A DNA stretch of 64,000 nucleotides from the human T2T-CHM13v2.0 reference genome, Homo sapiens. Shown in pieces: positions 1 through 15,546 of the stretch (position 1 is the stretch's first letter; each line of letters starts with the position of its first letter). A program made the position numbers and the translations under genes. The notes beneath the pieces are model-generated. The model made no database searches. It was not told where the DNA came from and saw nothing but the letters and a program-made list of their open reading frames with translations. Where the stretch lies: the NCBI RefSeq assembly GCF_009914755.1, contig NC_060929.1. The stretch is one strand, 5' to 3'.

Positions 1-2366
1 GTAAGGATTTGGGTTTTAGAAGGCCAGAGCCTGATGACATGAACAATCCTGTCCCAAGGGATGGTTCTCTGTAATAGAATCAGGTTTTCCACCCAACACT
101 ATGTTTCTCATTTTTTTTTCCAAGTAGTGAATTCAAGTAGTGATTAGAGCTGAATCATACATACTGATACTTCAAAATGATATATTACCGTGTACATGTT
201 ACTTGGGGGTATTCCCTATGTATTTGGGTGCACTCTCTCATTTTGGAAATATCAAATGATTCAATCCTCATAAAGTGGCCCTTTACAAGTAATACTTCAG
301 TTTTTATTGACTTATATATTTACTGGTGTTCTTGACCCTGATTTCACTGTTCATTCATATAGCACAAGTTAAAACATGTTTGCCTGATTTGTTCCTCAAA
401 TTAGTAAAGCAAAGGAGAGTAACAATTTAGTAGGAATACAGCAGCAAAAGTCTAATGGTGTGGTTTGGGCTTAGAAACTAATGCTCAAATTGGTGAGGCT
501 TTTTGTCAGATCTGTTTGAGTTTTGTTCTCATTTTTGTTTTTTTGGTGGTGATCAATGGGAGTTATAATGGAGAAGCATGACTAGTTATAAAATCGGAGA
601 GTCACTAACCATGAGATTCTAGTATATAACCTAATATTTTTGGCCCATGAAAATTCCATATGAATGCATTCATACTTGTCAATGTCCTCTAAAACTCCCT
701 GCAGTTTGATTGAGTAGCCTTTCAAAGAAACTCTAGAAATGTCCTTCTCTTGCCCTGGTATGCTATGAATTTGAAAGTCTCCACTGTGTGTGCTGGCTCC
801 TAATAGGCAACACTATTGCACTATTGTGCAAATGCAGAAACATCTGCTGCAGCCGCTAATGGCTTATTGAAAATGTCTAGCCAATCCTGCAGCAGACCCC
901 CTGCCCCCATTAGAAAATATGCTGGCAGTCAACAGAAACACAGTAAAACTTGGAGAGCTTCAGGAAGCAGGAAAAGACAGTGAAGGGCTTTGGGAAAATA
1001 AATAAAACCCTCTCAGCCACGTTGTAGGATTGGCCATTTGTGGTTGCAGAGCCTTCATTAAAAGGTTTCCATTTTCTATACCCAGTTGTTTCCCCATAAC
1101 CTTACAGGTTCAGACCCTACCCTTTCACCACCTAACTACCTCAACCTCAAGAGGAATAATCCACTTTTATACTACCTGTTCACCTCACTATTCAAAGCAG
1201 CCTTATAAATACTCAGTTTCCCAGAGTACATGGGAGAGGATATGTTTTAAAATTACAAGCAAATGCTGGGAAATAGTTAAGTTGGTGCTGAGAGTAGGCA
1301 AACTCAGAGACGGGCCGGACTGAAAGGCAGGCAATCAGACCATTCATTGCAGGACCTCCACAGGCACAAGGGGATAAGGTCCCAAGCTAAATTAAGGTCA
1401 ATAAAAATTGGAAGACTGTTCCCAGGGGTGGGAGACTGTGTTGAAAACAGAGTGCTAAGTGTGGGGCAGTTATTTGCTTCGGGTTCCTTGGGAAAAACAA
1501 ACATTGTGGACCGTGCGATGATGCCTTTTCCTTTCTCACAACAGCTCACTGAGTACAAATCAATTGGATATGACCTACTCGAAGTCATTGTGTTATTATA
1601 GCTTTTCATTCCTTTTGTTTTACTCCTGGAAGATCCCTCCTTTCTCCTTCACCTTATGTTCTCATTCCCATCCCTCATGGCATTCAAGTAACATCATATT
1701 GGTTTCGATTATTTGATTGAATGCAACATAAATGAGTTCTAACTTTACCAAAAAAAAAGAAAAAAAAAGAGAGAGAGAGAAAAAAAGAAGAAAAAAACAG
1801 GCAGCGGAAATGGAGAAATAGATTAACTGGAAAGGCAAGATGAGTAGCCAGGTATAAGGAAAGATGAAAACCAGGGTAACACTAGAGAAATGATGGACAG
1901 CCTCTTCAAAATCACCAAAAGGATGAGTCAAATCCAACCATTTGGAGTCTTGTTGATGTTATTCTGCTCAGGATTCAAATTCCTAGGTGGGGTTATGTGC
2001 CTACCCTTGGGCAGACTAGGGCTGGGCCCTCAGATTGAGATTCCCATGGAGGCTGTGTGGAGTTGGCGAGGGGAAGGTCCCCAGTGCTGGTGGCAGAAGG
2101 TAGGCTGGGTGCTGGGCAGGCACTGCCCTTGACCATCCCCCACAACCACACCCAACATATACATGAAGCAATGGGATGAAGCTCAGAGAAACTACATGTC
2201 AGGCTCAGCTCCTAAAATACAAGTTTATCCAACTGCTCTTCACTTTACGTCTAAATACATCCTCTTCTAACAGTGCATTTGATACATTTCATTCCTTCCT
2301 TTAACATAGAAATTTCTCATTTCAGTATGTAGCTTTCACAGTGAACTGTCACCAGGCTTTAATTCC

Positions 2367-2723
2367 TGCCATGGTCTGAACATTTGTGTCCCTCCAAAGT
2401 TCATAGGTTAAACAAATCCCCAGTGTCGTGGTATTCAGAGGTAGGGCCTTTGGGAAGTGATTAGATCGTCAGGGCAGAACCTTCATGAATGAGATTAGTG
2501 CCCTTATAAAAGAGGCCCCAGGGAACCTGTCTGCCTCTTCCACCATGTGAAGACACAGTGACAAGTCAGCAGTCTGCAACTCACAAGAGGGCCCTCACCA
2601 GAACCCAACCAAGCAGTGACCCTAATGTTAGACTTCCCAGTGTCCAGAACTGACAAATAAGTTTCTATTGTTTATAAGCTCCCATTTATAGTACTTCATA
2701 GCCCAAATTAGGTTACTAAGATG
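2367..2723 (+). mobile_element. MLT1A-type MaLR solo LTR
   Basis: Diagnostic segments gggcctttgggaagtgattag, gattagtgcccttataaaagag, cttccaccatgtgaagacacag and terminal actaaga. Confidence 0.8.
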
Positions 2724-2827
2724 AATCTCCACTCTTGCCCGTTAAATAATTCTGATTAATTTTATCACAAAGACCAAGATATAGCTATAAAAAGTATCTC
2801 CCAAAAAAAGGCATTTTCAATCACATT

Positions 2828-3011
2828 AGTGCTGCCCAGTAGAATTTCCTACAATAGTAGAAATGTTCTATGTCTGGGCCATCCAGTATGGTAGTTACTA
2901 GCCATATGTGGCTAGTGCAACTGAGGAACTGAATTTATTTAACTTCAGCTAATCTAAGTACAAGTTCAAATAGCCAAATGTTGGCAGTAGCTACCATCTT
3001 GGACAGTGCAG
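2828..3011. mobile_element. MER3-like hAT-Charlie DNA transposon
   Basis: TIR-like ends agtgctgcccagtaga / ttggacagtgcag; internal ggtagttactagccatatgtggcta. Confidence 0.7.
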
Positions 3012-3229
3012 AAGAGATATAATATCCTAGAAATTCTTTTGGGGGTTCTGTCTGGCTTCTACACACTTCTACACTCATGTATTCCATCAATGTGAAGTGT
3101 TAAAGGCTAAACAAATATGTTTCTGAGAATGTTATTAGCACTCTGTACCAACTGTACAAATGTGGCTGAGAAACCTTGTAGCTAGTTGACTGGCATTAGG
3201 TCACCCAAAATCTAAACCATGCCCTAGCA

Positions 3230-3365
3230 AATACACAAAGCTCCAGGAAGTCCCAGACTTTAGCTCTTCTTTCCACAGGTGTGTGACCTTTGGCAAATCC
3301 AGTTTTCTACTTCTTGAAAAGAAGGGGACTAGACTGCATGCCCTGGGGTTCTCTCTTCCAACTCT
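3230..3365 (+). mobile_element. MIR fragment
   Basis: tgtgtgacctttggcaaatc...cagttttct...ggggactagact core-like segment. Confidence 0.5.
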
Positions 3366-3717
3366 AACAGCCACAGTTTTAATTTTTATCCCATTAAAAT
3401 CTAGGAGCTGTGAAACAGAGGTTGTAAATATAAATGGCTACAGAGTCCAGTCTGGCAAATGAGTGAAACTTGCCAGGTGAGGACTGGAGCAAACCGGAAA
3501 ACGCATGCTCGAGGCAATTATACAGCTGGGAACATCAGTTCATTTCAATATTCTGATTTTCAAAGAGACCTCAGGAATTTTTATTGTTGACATCTGAAGC
3601 AATTTATAAGAACATTTGTGAGCTACCCAAAACTCACCCAGGGTATGACATGGATTGCTTTAGATAGATTATAGCTCTGGAGCACTCCAACTCTGTCCTC
3701 CAAGTGGTCCCCCTCCC

Positions 3718-3747
3718 AGCCGCCACCGCTGCCGCCACCGCCACCAC
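3718..3747 (+). repeat. Imperfect (GCC/ACC)n trinucleotide repeat
   Basis: gccgccaccgctgccgccaccgccaccac. Confidence 0.75.
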
Positions 3748-4142
3748 ATTCAGAATTGTCTGACCTCTCCCACACTCCCATACTGTCCTCATTTTAAATT
3801 ATTACTGCTAAAGTTTCCTTCCTGGGCTCCAAACATGATTTACATTAAAACGTTGGTTGTTAGATCAACCCACAACACCACGATTGTCAAGGTGGCTTTG
3901 TTTCTAATGACAAAAATTATCAGAATGTAACCAATGTCGACAGATGCCTCATCTCTCCTTAATCATTCGTGACGCTACCAACGAAATTTGAGCATAAAGG
4001 GAATTCAAGGCCTCTGTGATTCATTGAAGTTTGTGTTTTGAACAAGTTACATTCAACTTAGTCTCAGATAAAATTGCAAATAGTTACTGCCCAGAAAAGT
4101 CTTAACTTTTCACTGAAGCATTAGTCAACTACACAATCTTAC

Positions 4143-4176
4143 TGCAGTAAAAAGGCATAACCACCAGGTGGCAGCA
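4143..4176 (+). promoter_or_regulatory. CTCF motif with possible upstream module
   Basis: Core CCACCAGGTGGCAGCA 4161-4176; TGCAGT at 4143 at about the spacing of the ZF9-11 upstream motif. Confidence 0.7.
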
Positions 4177-4875
4177 TTATATCATTGAAGAAGCTCGGAC
4201 CTTGAACTTGAGGTATGTTTATAAAAATTGTTTTGGCATCGTCTAGTCAATCTATATGACTTCTAGATTTCTTTCTTATTTTCAATCAGTTATGAATATT
4301 ATTTGACATTATTGTGGCTACAGCCATTCACCCTGAAATCAGCTTTAAATTTTTTAAATGTTCGGAGTTACCAATACCTTGCTGATTATTAATCTGCTTG
4401 TCTTACAGGGTCCTGGGAATAAAAGATGCTGCATTTTGTAAGAGAAACCCTAGATGGTAAGATTTATGTTCTGGAACCCCAGGAGTACTGTATACTAGCT
4501 CAGGAGACAACCTAGATAATAAGCAAAGAATCTTTTGGAATACAGGAAGTGCACTTCTGTGTACTCTGGAAATAAACCTAAATTCAGATCTCAACTATAA
4601 TGCCTAACAACCAGACCCCAACCAACTAAGAATCAGTTTCTTCTCTCATCCTCACTTTCACTCACTCATACATCAATTTTGTCTTTGGTCAGCCATGGGT
4701 AACTGCCATCTCCTCGCAATTCAAGACAAAGCAAAATGTATTTTACCACTGAATATATATACGTGTATACACACACACACATACACACCTATCCATATCA
4801 TTTTCTACCTAAAAAGAATTTCTTAGTATCACCATATATTCAGAAAGGGTTCTAATTCTTAATTGTCTCGAATGT

Positions 4876-5240
4876 TGTCTTAGTCCAAGCCTACTGCTAT
4901 AGACAAATTTGTTCTTTATAAATTACCCAGCCTAACAAAATACCTTAGGCTGGGTAATTTATAAAGAACAAATTTGTGTCTCATTTCTAGAGGCTGAAGT
5001 CCAAGATTAAGGCACTGGCAGGTCTGGTGAGTACCACTCTCCACTTCCAAGATGGCACCTCTTAGAGCATCCTCGTATGGATGCAGTGCAAACAGCATCC
5101 TCACACCTCTTACATAATGATGCTAGACCCATTCACGATGGGCCCAACCTCATGACTTAATCACCTCCTAATATTAATATTATCACATTAGTGATTAAGT
5201 TTCAACATATGAATTTTGAGGGGACACATTGACCATAGCA
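4876..5240 (-). mobile_element. MST/MLT1A-type MaLR solo LTR
   Basis: tgtcttagtcc...gaccatagca termini with exact 5-bp TSD aatgt (4871-4875, 5241-5245). Confidence 0.88.
4903..4977. repeat. Perfect 33-bp inverted repeat with 9-nt loop
   Basis: acaaatttgttctttataaattacccagcctaa (4903-4935) and its exact reverse complement (4945-4977). Confidence 0.95.
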
Positions 5241-6089
5241 AATGTCCTCATTGAAGAAAACAAAACTTTCCATACCTTTTGCTCTTCCTGGCCCCTCCCT
5301 GCTTATACAATTAATTTGGCAGAAGTCCACATTTGGACTTGGAAATTCATCATTGGGAGAAGCAGTGCTGAAGCCCAGGAGCCGGGGATTTTGACTTCAC
5401 TGACCCTTATGGCTCATCCTCACAGTAACCCCTCCCAAAATGGAGGGCAAATCTGCCCCATCTCCATTCTTAGAGGTGGCACAGAAGCAAATTTCTGGCA
5501 ATATCGGAATAGCCATTTTTCTCTGATTCCAGCAAACGTGAGTTCAGAAATAAAGCCAATTCTCAGAGCATCTAATATAAGCTTAGTAATATTAATTGTA
5601 AAAAAAAAAGTTTTTTATTCTTTTAATTTAATGAGACAAGAAGCTAAGAAGCTGATACAGTGGATCATTCAGGTTCTTAGGGATACCTATCTGCCCTACA
5701 GACCCTTAGAAAATCTAAAAGAAGTTATGGACACTCTCTCCACCAAAAAGAAAAGAAAAAAGTCACCTGCACTGTAAAAGAGTACACATCTTCAGAGGAC
5801 TTGGGAATTGGGGACCCACACTTAGCTTCCAAGAAGAGAACCTTTGGCACCATCAACCTGTTTCCTGCAAGAGCTGTGCTGTGCACATAGGACAGTATAA
5901 CAGCACATGAAGTCAAGCAGAATGTGACCTACAATCGTTCTCTTCAACCTAAGTATCTACTTCCTAGTAAGTTGTTCGTTTGTCAGTTTTGTATTTTTTG
6001 TTTTCTCCAGACCAGAGCATCTGAGAGATGAGCAAAAAAACATCTCCTGAAAAGCCAAGGGAAGGTGCCAGCCTCACAGGTTTTGGGGG

Positions 6090-6650
6090 CTGGTGAAAAG
6101 GGAGTAGACATTCTGCGGGCAGTTTGGTCATCTACCTGGAGGCTTCAAGTTCTGCACATGCCTTGACCGACCTGGTGATTTTCCTTCTAGAAATGTAATC
6201 TAAAGAAATCATTGTGACCGCACCAGTGATGTAGCAAAGAACATTCACTACAGTGTTTTTTAAAATACTGACAAATTAGAAATAAGGTGTCTAACAATGC
6301 TGGCGATGTTAAATCAACTATGGTACATCCATTAAAGAAAATAATATGCAGCCTTTTATAACGGCTTGGTAAAGGTTATTGTACTGAAGTGTTTGATATA
6401 TTACATGGAAAAAGCAGATTCTAGAATAATCTGTGCTATGCAGAGATCATTATTTTGATTATATATCCTGGAATAATATCTATTTTGATTATATATCCTG
6501 GAATGATACACGCCAAATGGCTAAGAGTGACACCTCTAGGTTATAGAATTAGGGTTGATTTTATGTATTCTCCCTTTCTTCCTTTGATTCTTTTTCTCAT
6601 GTGTATTTTTCTATAATAAGTGTATAGTTCTGCGTAATAAAAAAAAAAAA
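6090..6650 (+). mobile_element. Old L1M 3' fragment
   Basis: Degenerate L1 3' motifs (aacattcactacagtg, aactatggtacatccat). Confidence 0.55.
6451..6508 (+). repeat. 30-bp tandem duplication
   Basis: tattttgattatatatcctggaatRata at 6451 and 6481. Confidence 0.9.
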
Positions 6651-8269
6651 AGCTAATGTCAGCTTGAGGCATAAGTGCATTCTGAGAATCCTTGCTCACC
6701 AAGGTCAAGGCCAGAAGCAGCAGGAAATTTGGAAAGCCAGAGATGTCAAAAATGAGCATCAACAACAAAATTAAGAAATCAAGACAACACCTATTGTGGC
6801 AAAGAGTTTCAAGGAAAAGACCAATTCCAGGAAGGAAGAATCAGAGCCTTCAGCAGGGTGACTAAGCCATGACAGGGACTAGAAAATCTGCTGATAGACA
6901 GGTGAGGTGGTGACTGATATTGACACCTGGCTCAGTTCCCCACTTTCTCCTACTAAAGGGATTCTTTATATATGAAACTTTTATATAAAGCTGATAATGA
7001 AATAAATCCAAGTCTCTATAGCTTCATAAATAGTGGTTCCAAAAGCCTAGCCTGTGGGAAAGATTTTTATTTTCAAATGCATATCCCTGCCATAGTCCAG
7101 AAAAAAACTGCCACATGTGTGGAAGAGAAAACTCAGCCCTTTCCTAGAAAAGATTAATAGCAGGTGCCAGCTTTTCTGTCAATTGTGCTTTTTACAAAGG
7201 GACTTTGTTTCATGTAAGAATATTTGAACTTCTTTTGTAAGTCTGAGCACGTTTAACTCAGACACAAGTTAAAAATCAGAATAGGTTTCTTGGATTTACA
7301 GCCTCAATTGATTTTTCTTCTATAAGCTGTGTTTCCAGGCTGTCTGCCTTTCCACAGTAAGCTAAAGGGATCCAAGACTCCCAAAGCAGCACTCTGCAGG
7401 GATGACCCACAAACCTTATCAATGAGACTCTTTTTAAAAATTTAATAATCCCCATTTGCATGACTTAAAGTCTATCCCTTGTAACAATAGCTGTGGCCAA
7501 AAATTCCGTGTCAAAGATAGGGGTACAGTAATCTGACTTTATTTTTTGAGTTCCCATTTTACTAAGGTACTTGATTTTAGTAAATTTGGATTTCCTTCTT
7601 TTTCATTGGTTATATCTAAGTTTGGGGGGGTTATATAAAGCCAACACCTTATGAGGGGGTCCCCCTGGTTCTTGTGTCAACATTCATACAGGTGTCCCCC
7701 AGGCTGCACACAGCTGCCCCAACGGCTGAGAGGATCCCACACTTCCATGTGTTGAGGCACGCCAAGAGAACCCTAATAAAGTGAGTCAAATCTGGGAAGC
7801 TGTAACTTCAACTTTAGGCCAATCCAAATATTTTCCCCAAACCAAACATTAAGTGTTCTGTCCAAGTCTAATAAATTCAGTAAGTGAAAGACTCTACCTA
7901 AGAAGGGAAAAATTATTTCATACATTCTGTAACTAGTTATTATTTCCCTTATCCAAGTGTTTTTCCCAGATCTTTTTGTGCCTTTTAGCTCACTTTTATT
8001 CAACTCATAATTTTCTTTTTTTACTTTTCCGTGATTCTAAATTATTCTGGAGTGTAATTAATGTATATTTAGCACGTGTTTGTCTTTAAGTCACACTGGT
8101 ATGTATGCCACTTTCCCACATGCATTATATCCCAGGGCTAACACTATTCTCTTATTAGGACATTTTTGTACCCCTTTTCTCCTTCCAATCACACTGTAAT
8201 AGATGAACGACAAATACAGCCATTCTGTCTTTTCCTTGTGATGGTAGCAGCACCAGAAAATGCCATCAG

Positions 8270-8470
8270 GGACATGAGCTCTGCACTCTGGGGGCTGGGT
8301 TTTAATACCAGCTCAGTTACTTACTAACAGGGTGACCTTCCACAAATTATTTGTGTTCTCTGTGCCTTAGTTTCCTCATCTGTAGGAAGGGGTCATAATA
8401 ATACCTATCACACAAGGGTTGTTTAAAGGATTAAATGACAATGTATATCAAGCACATGGAGAAGTGTATG
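8270..8470 (+). mobile_element. MIR
   Basis: ctctgtgccttagtttcctcatctgta...aggattaaatga core. Confidence 0.8.
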
Positions 8471-8958
8471 ACGCAAATATAGGCCATTTGTTGGAAACCC
8501 AAGAACTCAAGTCATAAAGCAGACCTTTCTAAAGTGAGTCATGTTTTCTCCTACTCCTCTATAAGAAAATATCATATACTTACATAGTTATGTGCATAAC
8601 TACATAAGTGTTTTGGGTTTGACCAGAGACTGATATCAAATCACTCATGGCTAGAATAGCAAAGTGCTATAGAAACAAAAGCAGGGCAGGTGTAAACCTT
8701 TGTAATTAATCAAAATAGTAATATGCCTCAAATTCTGTATAACTACCCCAGGCAAATCTATTTCTGTAGGTAATTAAGACTTCATTTAAGAAGATTTAAC
8801 ACCAATACACATCCTCTTTAGATGACAATGCCCATATATGTTTTCCCCTAACAGTGTCTAAACTAAAGACTCATGTAGAGGAAAAATCAAGTAATTCTGC
8901 ATGCCTTCACTTGCATATTTCCAGAGGGCAAGCCTCATATTTTATAAAGAGTTTGTCA

Positions 8959-9294
<336 letters not shown>

Positions 9295-11670
9295 TCAGGC
9301 ATATCAGGAGAGCTTACCCTTTTGACAAAACCCTAAACAAGGATAATTTGCAAGATATAATCCTTTGGTATTCTGGATATTGACTCAGGTTTGCAAGATA
9401 AAATGTTAAGTTTTTGTTTATTTGTTGTTTGTTTTTTGTTTGTGAAACCTCCGATGAAAAAGTCACCAATCAGAGCTAGCCAAGTGATCCTAGCCTGGTA
9501 ACTGTGTGAATGATTTAAAATCCTTCCAAAATAACTCTCCCTGTTGTAAAGAGGTCTTCTTAGCTGTGGGCATTTCATTCATCATCTTTAGCATTTGCTG
9601 AAAAAAACAGTTAACTGTTCACCTCTCTCTAAAGATCAAATCCACTGTGTTCAAAACAAACTGCTTTCCTAGAGCTTAAAAAAAAATTGTTTACTTCTAA
9701 GTCCTAATGAAGATATATTAGTTCAAAAGCCACAGAATAGAGGTCCCAGATACAGCTTTTGAGTGAATCCTGAGAAAGGTCAGTAAGGTCGTAGATAAGA
9801 GGTTTCTGCTGCCTTGAATCAATCTTTTAGCGTGTTCCAAGCTCTCTGCAGTCTGTGCTAACCAGCCTTGCCAGGTCGAGGAAGGGTTATCCATTGGAAA
9901 TGACTTGCATCTGAGACAGCAACAGAACAAATGATTTTTCTTCCCTTAAAAGATGAGATTGTTCTACACTCCTTTCATACAGTGTGTTTAGATGGGAAGA
10001 CCAAAATGGCAGCAGGAAATACTTTCAACAAAAGATGTAACAACAACTCTCATTTACTCAAGCCATTGGATGGCAAGTGGCTAAAAGTATTCTGCTGAAC
10101 AAGGAGATACTCAGAAACATCAAGGTCCAGAAGAGCTCAAACCTCTGCTAAGTCAAGTAAAAGGGAAGATACTGCTTTGGAGGACAGATACTAGTTCCCT
10201 CTTTTCTCCCAGAGCCTCAAAGTGGTGTGTATCTCAGTCAGAGGTCTTCACTGTGTCTTTATGGAGCAGTGAGGAGGAAATGATGTTTGGCACTCCTGAG
10301 AGATTTTCAGAAGACCACTCAGTAAGACCGTGGCAGATGAGAAAAAAAAGTTTTCCCACTTATGATAGCTACACTTCATTTTCTCCATCACAGGAATTGA
10401 TCCTGGGTGCCACTACCAGATGACACAGCAACACAGGTTTTTTTTTTTTTTAAGAAAACAATGTGAGAAAGCAAAATATCTTCACAAGGGTCTTCATTGT
10501 CCTCAGGATACTCCAGGCCACACTAATCTCTTGGCTCTTGGAAGCACAGATTCAAGTTGAGTAGTTTTCAAGCCTGGCTCCATAGAACCCCTTTAGGGAG
10601 TGAGAAGAGCCAGAAGGAACCCTGCCATTCTACCTCAACTTCCCCAGAAAAGCTCTAAATGTATCTTCTTAAAGGAGCCCATGATTTTAATACATAGACA
10701 TTTTTAAACAACCTAGGCTAATCCTAACCCTTTAAGAATGAAGAAATGGAAGCAAAGAGAATCAAAGAAAAGTACAGGGTGAAACAATGACGGTGGAAAT
10801 CAATATCTAAAGCAGGCAGCCAGAGCCCAGGGTCTAAAGAGGAGAAGGACATGTTTACCTAGGACCCAAAAGGATGGGTGCTTACAAGAGGTGGTTCCTC
10901 AAAAGTACATCATACAAACCCCTCAAGATGGACTTTAATATTGATTCCCTCTTTGAAATGCACCTCATTTTCTCATAATAGATAGCAGTACAACTATTGA
11001 TCTTTCATCATAAATACATTTATCTTCCTACAAATTAACCTTAGTCATTCTTTTTCTTCTCTTTCAATTCCAAACTCTTTTCCTTGGCTATCTCTTCAAC
11101 CCTCAACCCTTCTATAGGATTTTATTCTGAATTGGTAAAGTCAGTTTGGTCCCACACAATTACATGTAAATTGTATTATCCAACAGTATCAGTTCAATCT
11201 TACATCTGTGGCCAGTGTTGTTTTATGAAATTGGAATGAAATACTTCAAATATATATTAATATTTAAATGTATATTTTAAGGAAAAAAGTACTTGAAATA
11301 CTACAAGAGTTAATACAAGACTTGGTTCCCTTCATAGGCTGATTCAATGAAACTAGATGATAAAAGGAATCGTATAGTTGGGAGGGTCCTTAATGGATCA
11401 TGTAAGCCTCTACCACCTTCATAGAGCAACATTCTTAGACTCTACCAATGGGATCAACTTGAAAGGCATCCAGAGATAAGTTTTAAAACACCCTTAAAAT
11501 TGTTCCCCAGCCATCTCTTCTCAGTTCAATAATTCCATTTCTACATTCTATCATATTTTTATTTTCCATTTATCTTTTGATTATTTTCTGTACTCCTCTT
11601 GATTCTGCATATCCCACTTACCTTGAAGTGCCAGACTATTTACTAGGTTTTAAAAATGGTCTGAATATAA

Positions 11671-12042
<372 letters not shown>

Positions 12043-12289
12043 TAGCAAATAAATATTACTATTAACATTTTAGTATACTACATATATTCTCAGCTTTTTC
12101 TGTGTAGATACAGATTTAGAATATTATTGCTCATGTTTTTGTAAACTTATTCAACAACATATTTTGGAAATCTTTCTGGGTTGTTAAAATAGGTCAACAT
12201 TGTTTTCATGCTTTTATACTAACCCATTATATGCCTACAACAGCATTTAGATCCAGGATAGATTCTGCCTTCCAAGTTGTTCATCTTTA

Positions 12290-13170
<881 letters not shown>

Positions 13171-13328
13171 TCTCTCAGCCCATGGACCACATTAACAACA
13201 AGATGAGATAAGGTATTTAGGTCAGCTTAAATTTTGTGTCCCAAAGATGAGCTCCATTTTCACCCATCACAATTGTGTCTCTGATAAGTCAGCAGAAATT
13301 GAAAATGCTAATCTTTCCTCCTCTAACT

Positions 13329-13375
13329 TCCAGATTGAGGGTAACATCCCAAATATGCAGGGAATAGCTTAAGGA
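13329..13375 (+). repeat. 47-bp dispersed direct repeat, copy 1
   Basis: tccagattgagggtaacatcccaaatatgcagggaatagcttaagga; 46/47 identical to 15462-15508. Confidence 0.95.
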
Positions 13376-14189
13376 TAGCATCATTGACTCTATTTCAACT
13401 CTTTCTACTGATAGAAAAGAATGATGATTTCAGGTATCATGTCCTACCTTCTATTACAGTCTACAAACCTCCTGGCAGAGACACCAACTGTGAGAGCAGT
13501 CACTGCTGTATGGAAGATAATACGTCTGCCCAGTGCAGCCTCCTGGGCAGAGACAAATCTATTGGCTGTTTCAAGGCCACGAACATATAACATTTAAATG
13601 TGAATTTTGGCAAATATGAAATATTAATTTTTTTTACCAGTCTATATGACTTCCATTTTCCCACCCCCTTCTAAGAAATATACAATTTTTCTGCTGAAAA
13701 CTTTTCTCCAAGTGATACCTCGTGACATAATCCTAGATGGTATTTCCGGGGAAAATAAAGAACATGTCTAGATAACATTGGCTTCAGTGATAGCAATGTT
13801 TAGCTTTCACTTTCCTCTTAAGTTTTCTTGGAAACAATGCCTTATACTGGTAGCTTTTTCTGGCTTAGTGGAGCATGAGGATTCTTTTTTCAATCAAATG
13901 CAGTCCTATAGCACTGCAGTGTTGATGGTGTTTTGCTTTGCTGTTTGTTGTTTTTGTTCTGTTGCTGATTGCCACTGATCTGTTGGATGTTTGACCCCTT
14001 ATTGGTTTATTTGGAGACTGAAACCCAATAAAATCCAAATCAACACTACAATACAGTGGATGCAGAAAAAAAAAAAGTTGCCAGCCTAACAATGCTTTCC
14101 TTAACAAACCACTAGAGATACCCAGTCTCATATTTCACTTGAAAGTCAATGAGAAGAACCATTTGTTCTGTATTGTCCTACTCCTTAAT

Positions 14190-14820
14190 GAGCTTAACAA
14201 AGAAGTAGAGAAGTGCTCAAATCAGCGTACAGCTCAATAAACTTTCACAAAGCAAGCCTACCAAAGCAACCAGTGCTCAGACCATAATCAGCACACAAAA
14301 GCCCCATTTGTGCTCACTCCTCAACATACCCCCCACCCAAAACAACCTCTATCCTGCTTTAACTAGAGATTAGTTTTGCCTGTTTTGAGCTTTACATAAA
14401 TGGACTCGTTCAGTGTGTACTTTCATGTCGATTTATTTTCCATACATTATATGTGTGAGATCCATCTTTGTTTTTGCATGTGTCAATGATTTGTGCATTG
14501 TCATGGCTATATAGAATTTTTGTTTCAAGAGCATCTAAGCAAACAAGTATTCTGAGGAAAACGCTTTGAGATACATGGATCCCAGTGTTAGAATATAAAA
14601 GCTTTAATCAAAAGAGCAAAAAGTAAATAAGACCACCTCTGGAAACAGCCTGAAGTCAATTGTTAAGAAGCAGCTGTTTCAGGAGAGAAGTAGAATGGTA
14701 AAAAGCTCTATGGATATGTTAATTTGCCTGATTTGATCATTCTACAATGAATAAGTGTATCAAAACATCACATTGTCCCCCATGAATATGTACAATTATT
14801 ATTTATCAAAAATACAACTA
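14190..14820. mobile_element. Two L1M 3' fragments (minus at about 14190-14520, plus at about 14700-14820)
   Basis: gttttgcctgttttgagctttacataaatgga; tatcaaaacatcacattgtcccccatgaatatgtacaatt. Confidence 0.6.
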
Positions 14821-15138
14821 AAGAGAGCTCTCAGATAAATCAGAAAGGCCATCTTAGAAATACCCAGAACTGAGTCAGGGATCTTGGCTTAAAGGGAAAT
14901 AAGACAGCCTTCCAAAAAGGTTTTGATTTAGGCTGTCTTTGTTCTCATCTCTTCAGCAAAACCTCTTTTTTGCCTCTCCAGTTCCGACTTTAGAGCCCTA
15001 ACTGTTCTGAAGCCAATACCCCACTTAGGGATCAAGTTTTGCCACAGCTTTCCACACATTGTATATACATGACCTAACCATTCCTCATGGGAAAGAATCT
15101 TAGCATTCTGTTGCTACCTCTTTAAAACACAATTTCTT

Positions 15139-15445
<307 letters not shown>

Positions 15446-15461
15446 TTATTATCAAAAGCCC

Positions 15462-15546
15462 TCCAGATTGAGGGTAACATCCCAAATATGCAGGGAATAC
15501 CTTAAGGACAAAATTGTAAGTTTGATACTTTGTAAGTTTGATACTT
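15462..15546 (+). repeat. 47-bp repeat copy 2 plus adjacent 16-bp tandem duplication
   Basis: Copy at 15462-15508; ttgtaagtttgatact twice at 15514-15545. Confidence 0.95.

Noticed and set aside
800-900. SOX/OCT-like motif ctattgtgcaaat
   Set aside because: Does not match the canonical or compressed composite spacing; conservation cannot be assessed here.
1030-2132. Cluster of overlapping 80-100 aa ORFs
   Set aside because: Overlapping on both strands, several with non-ATG starts, one low-complexity; consistent with chance.
5229-5777. 182-aa ORF
   Set aside because: Starts at TTG in an LTR end, crosses A runs, and has no recognisable domain or exon signals.
10405-10430. CTCF-like ctaccagatgacac
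   Set aside because: Mismatches at key core positions.
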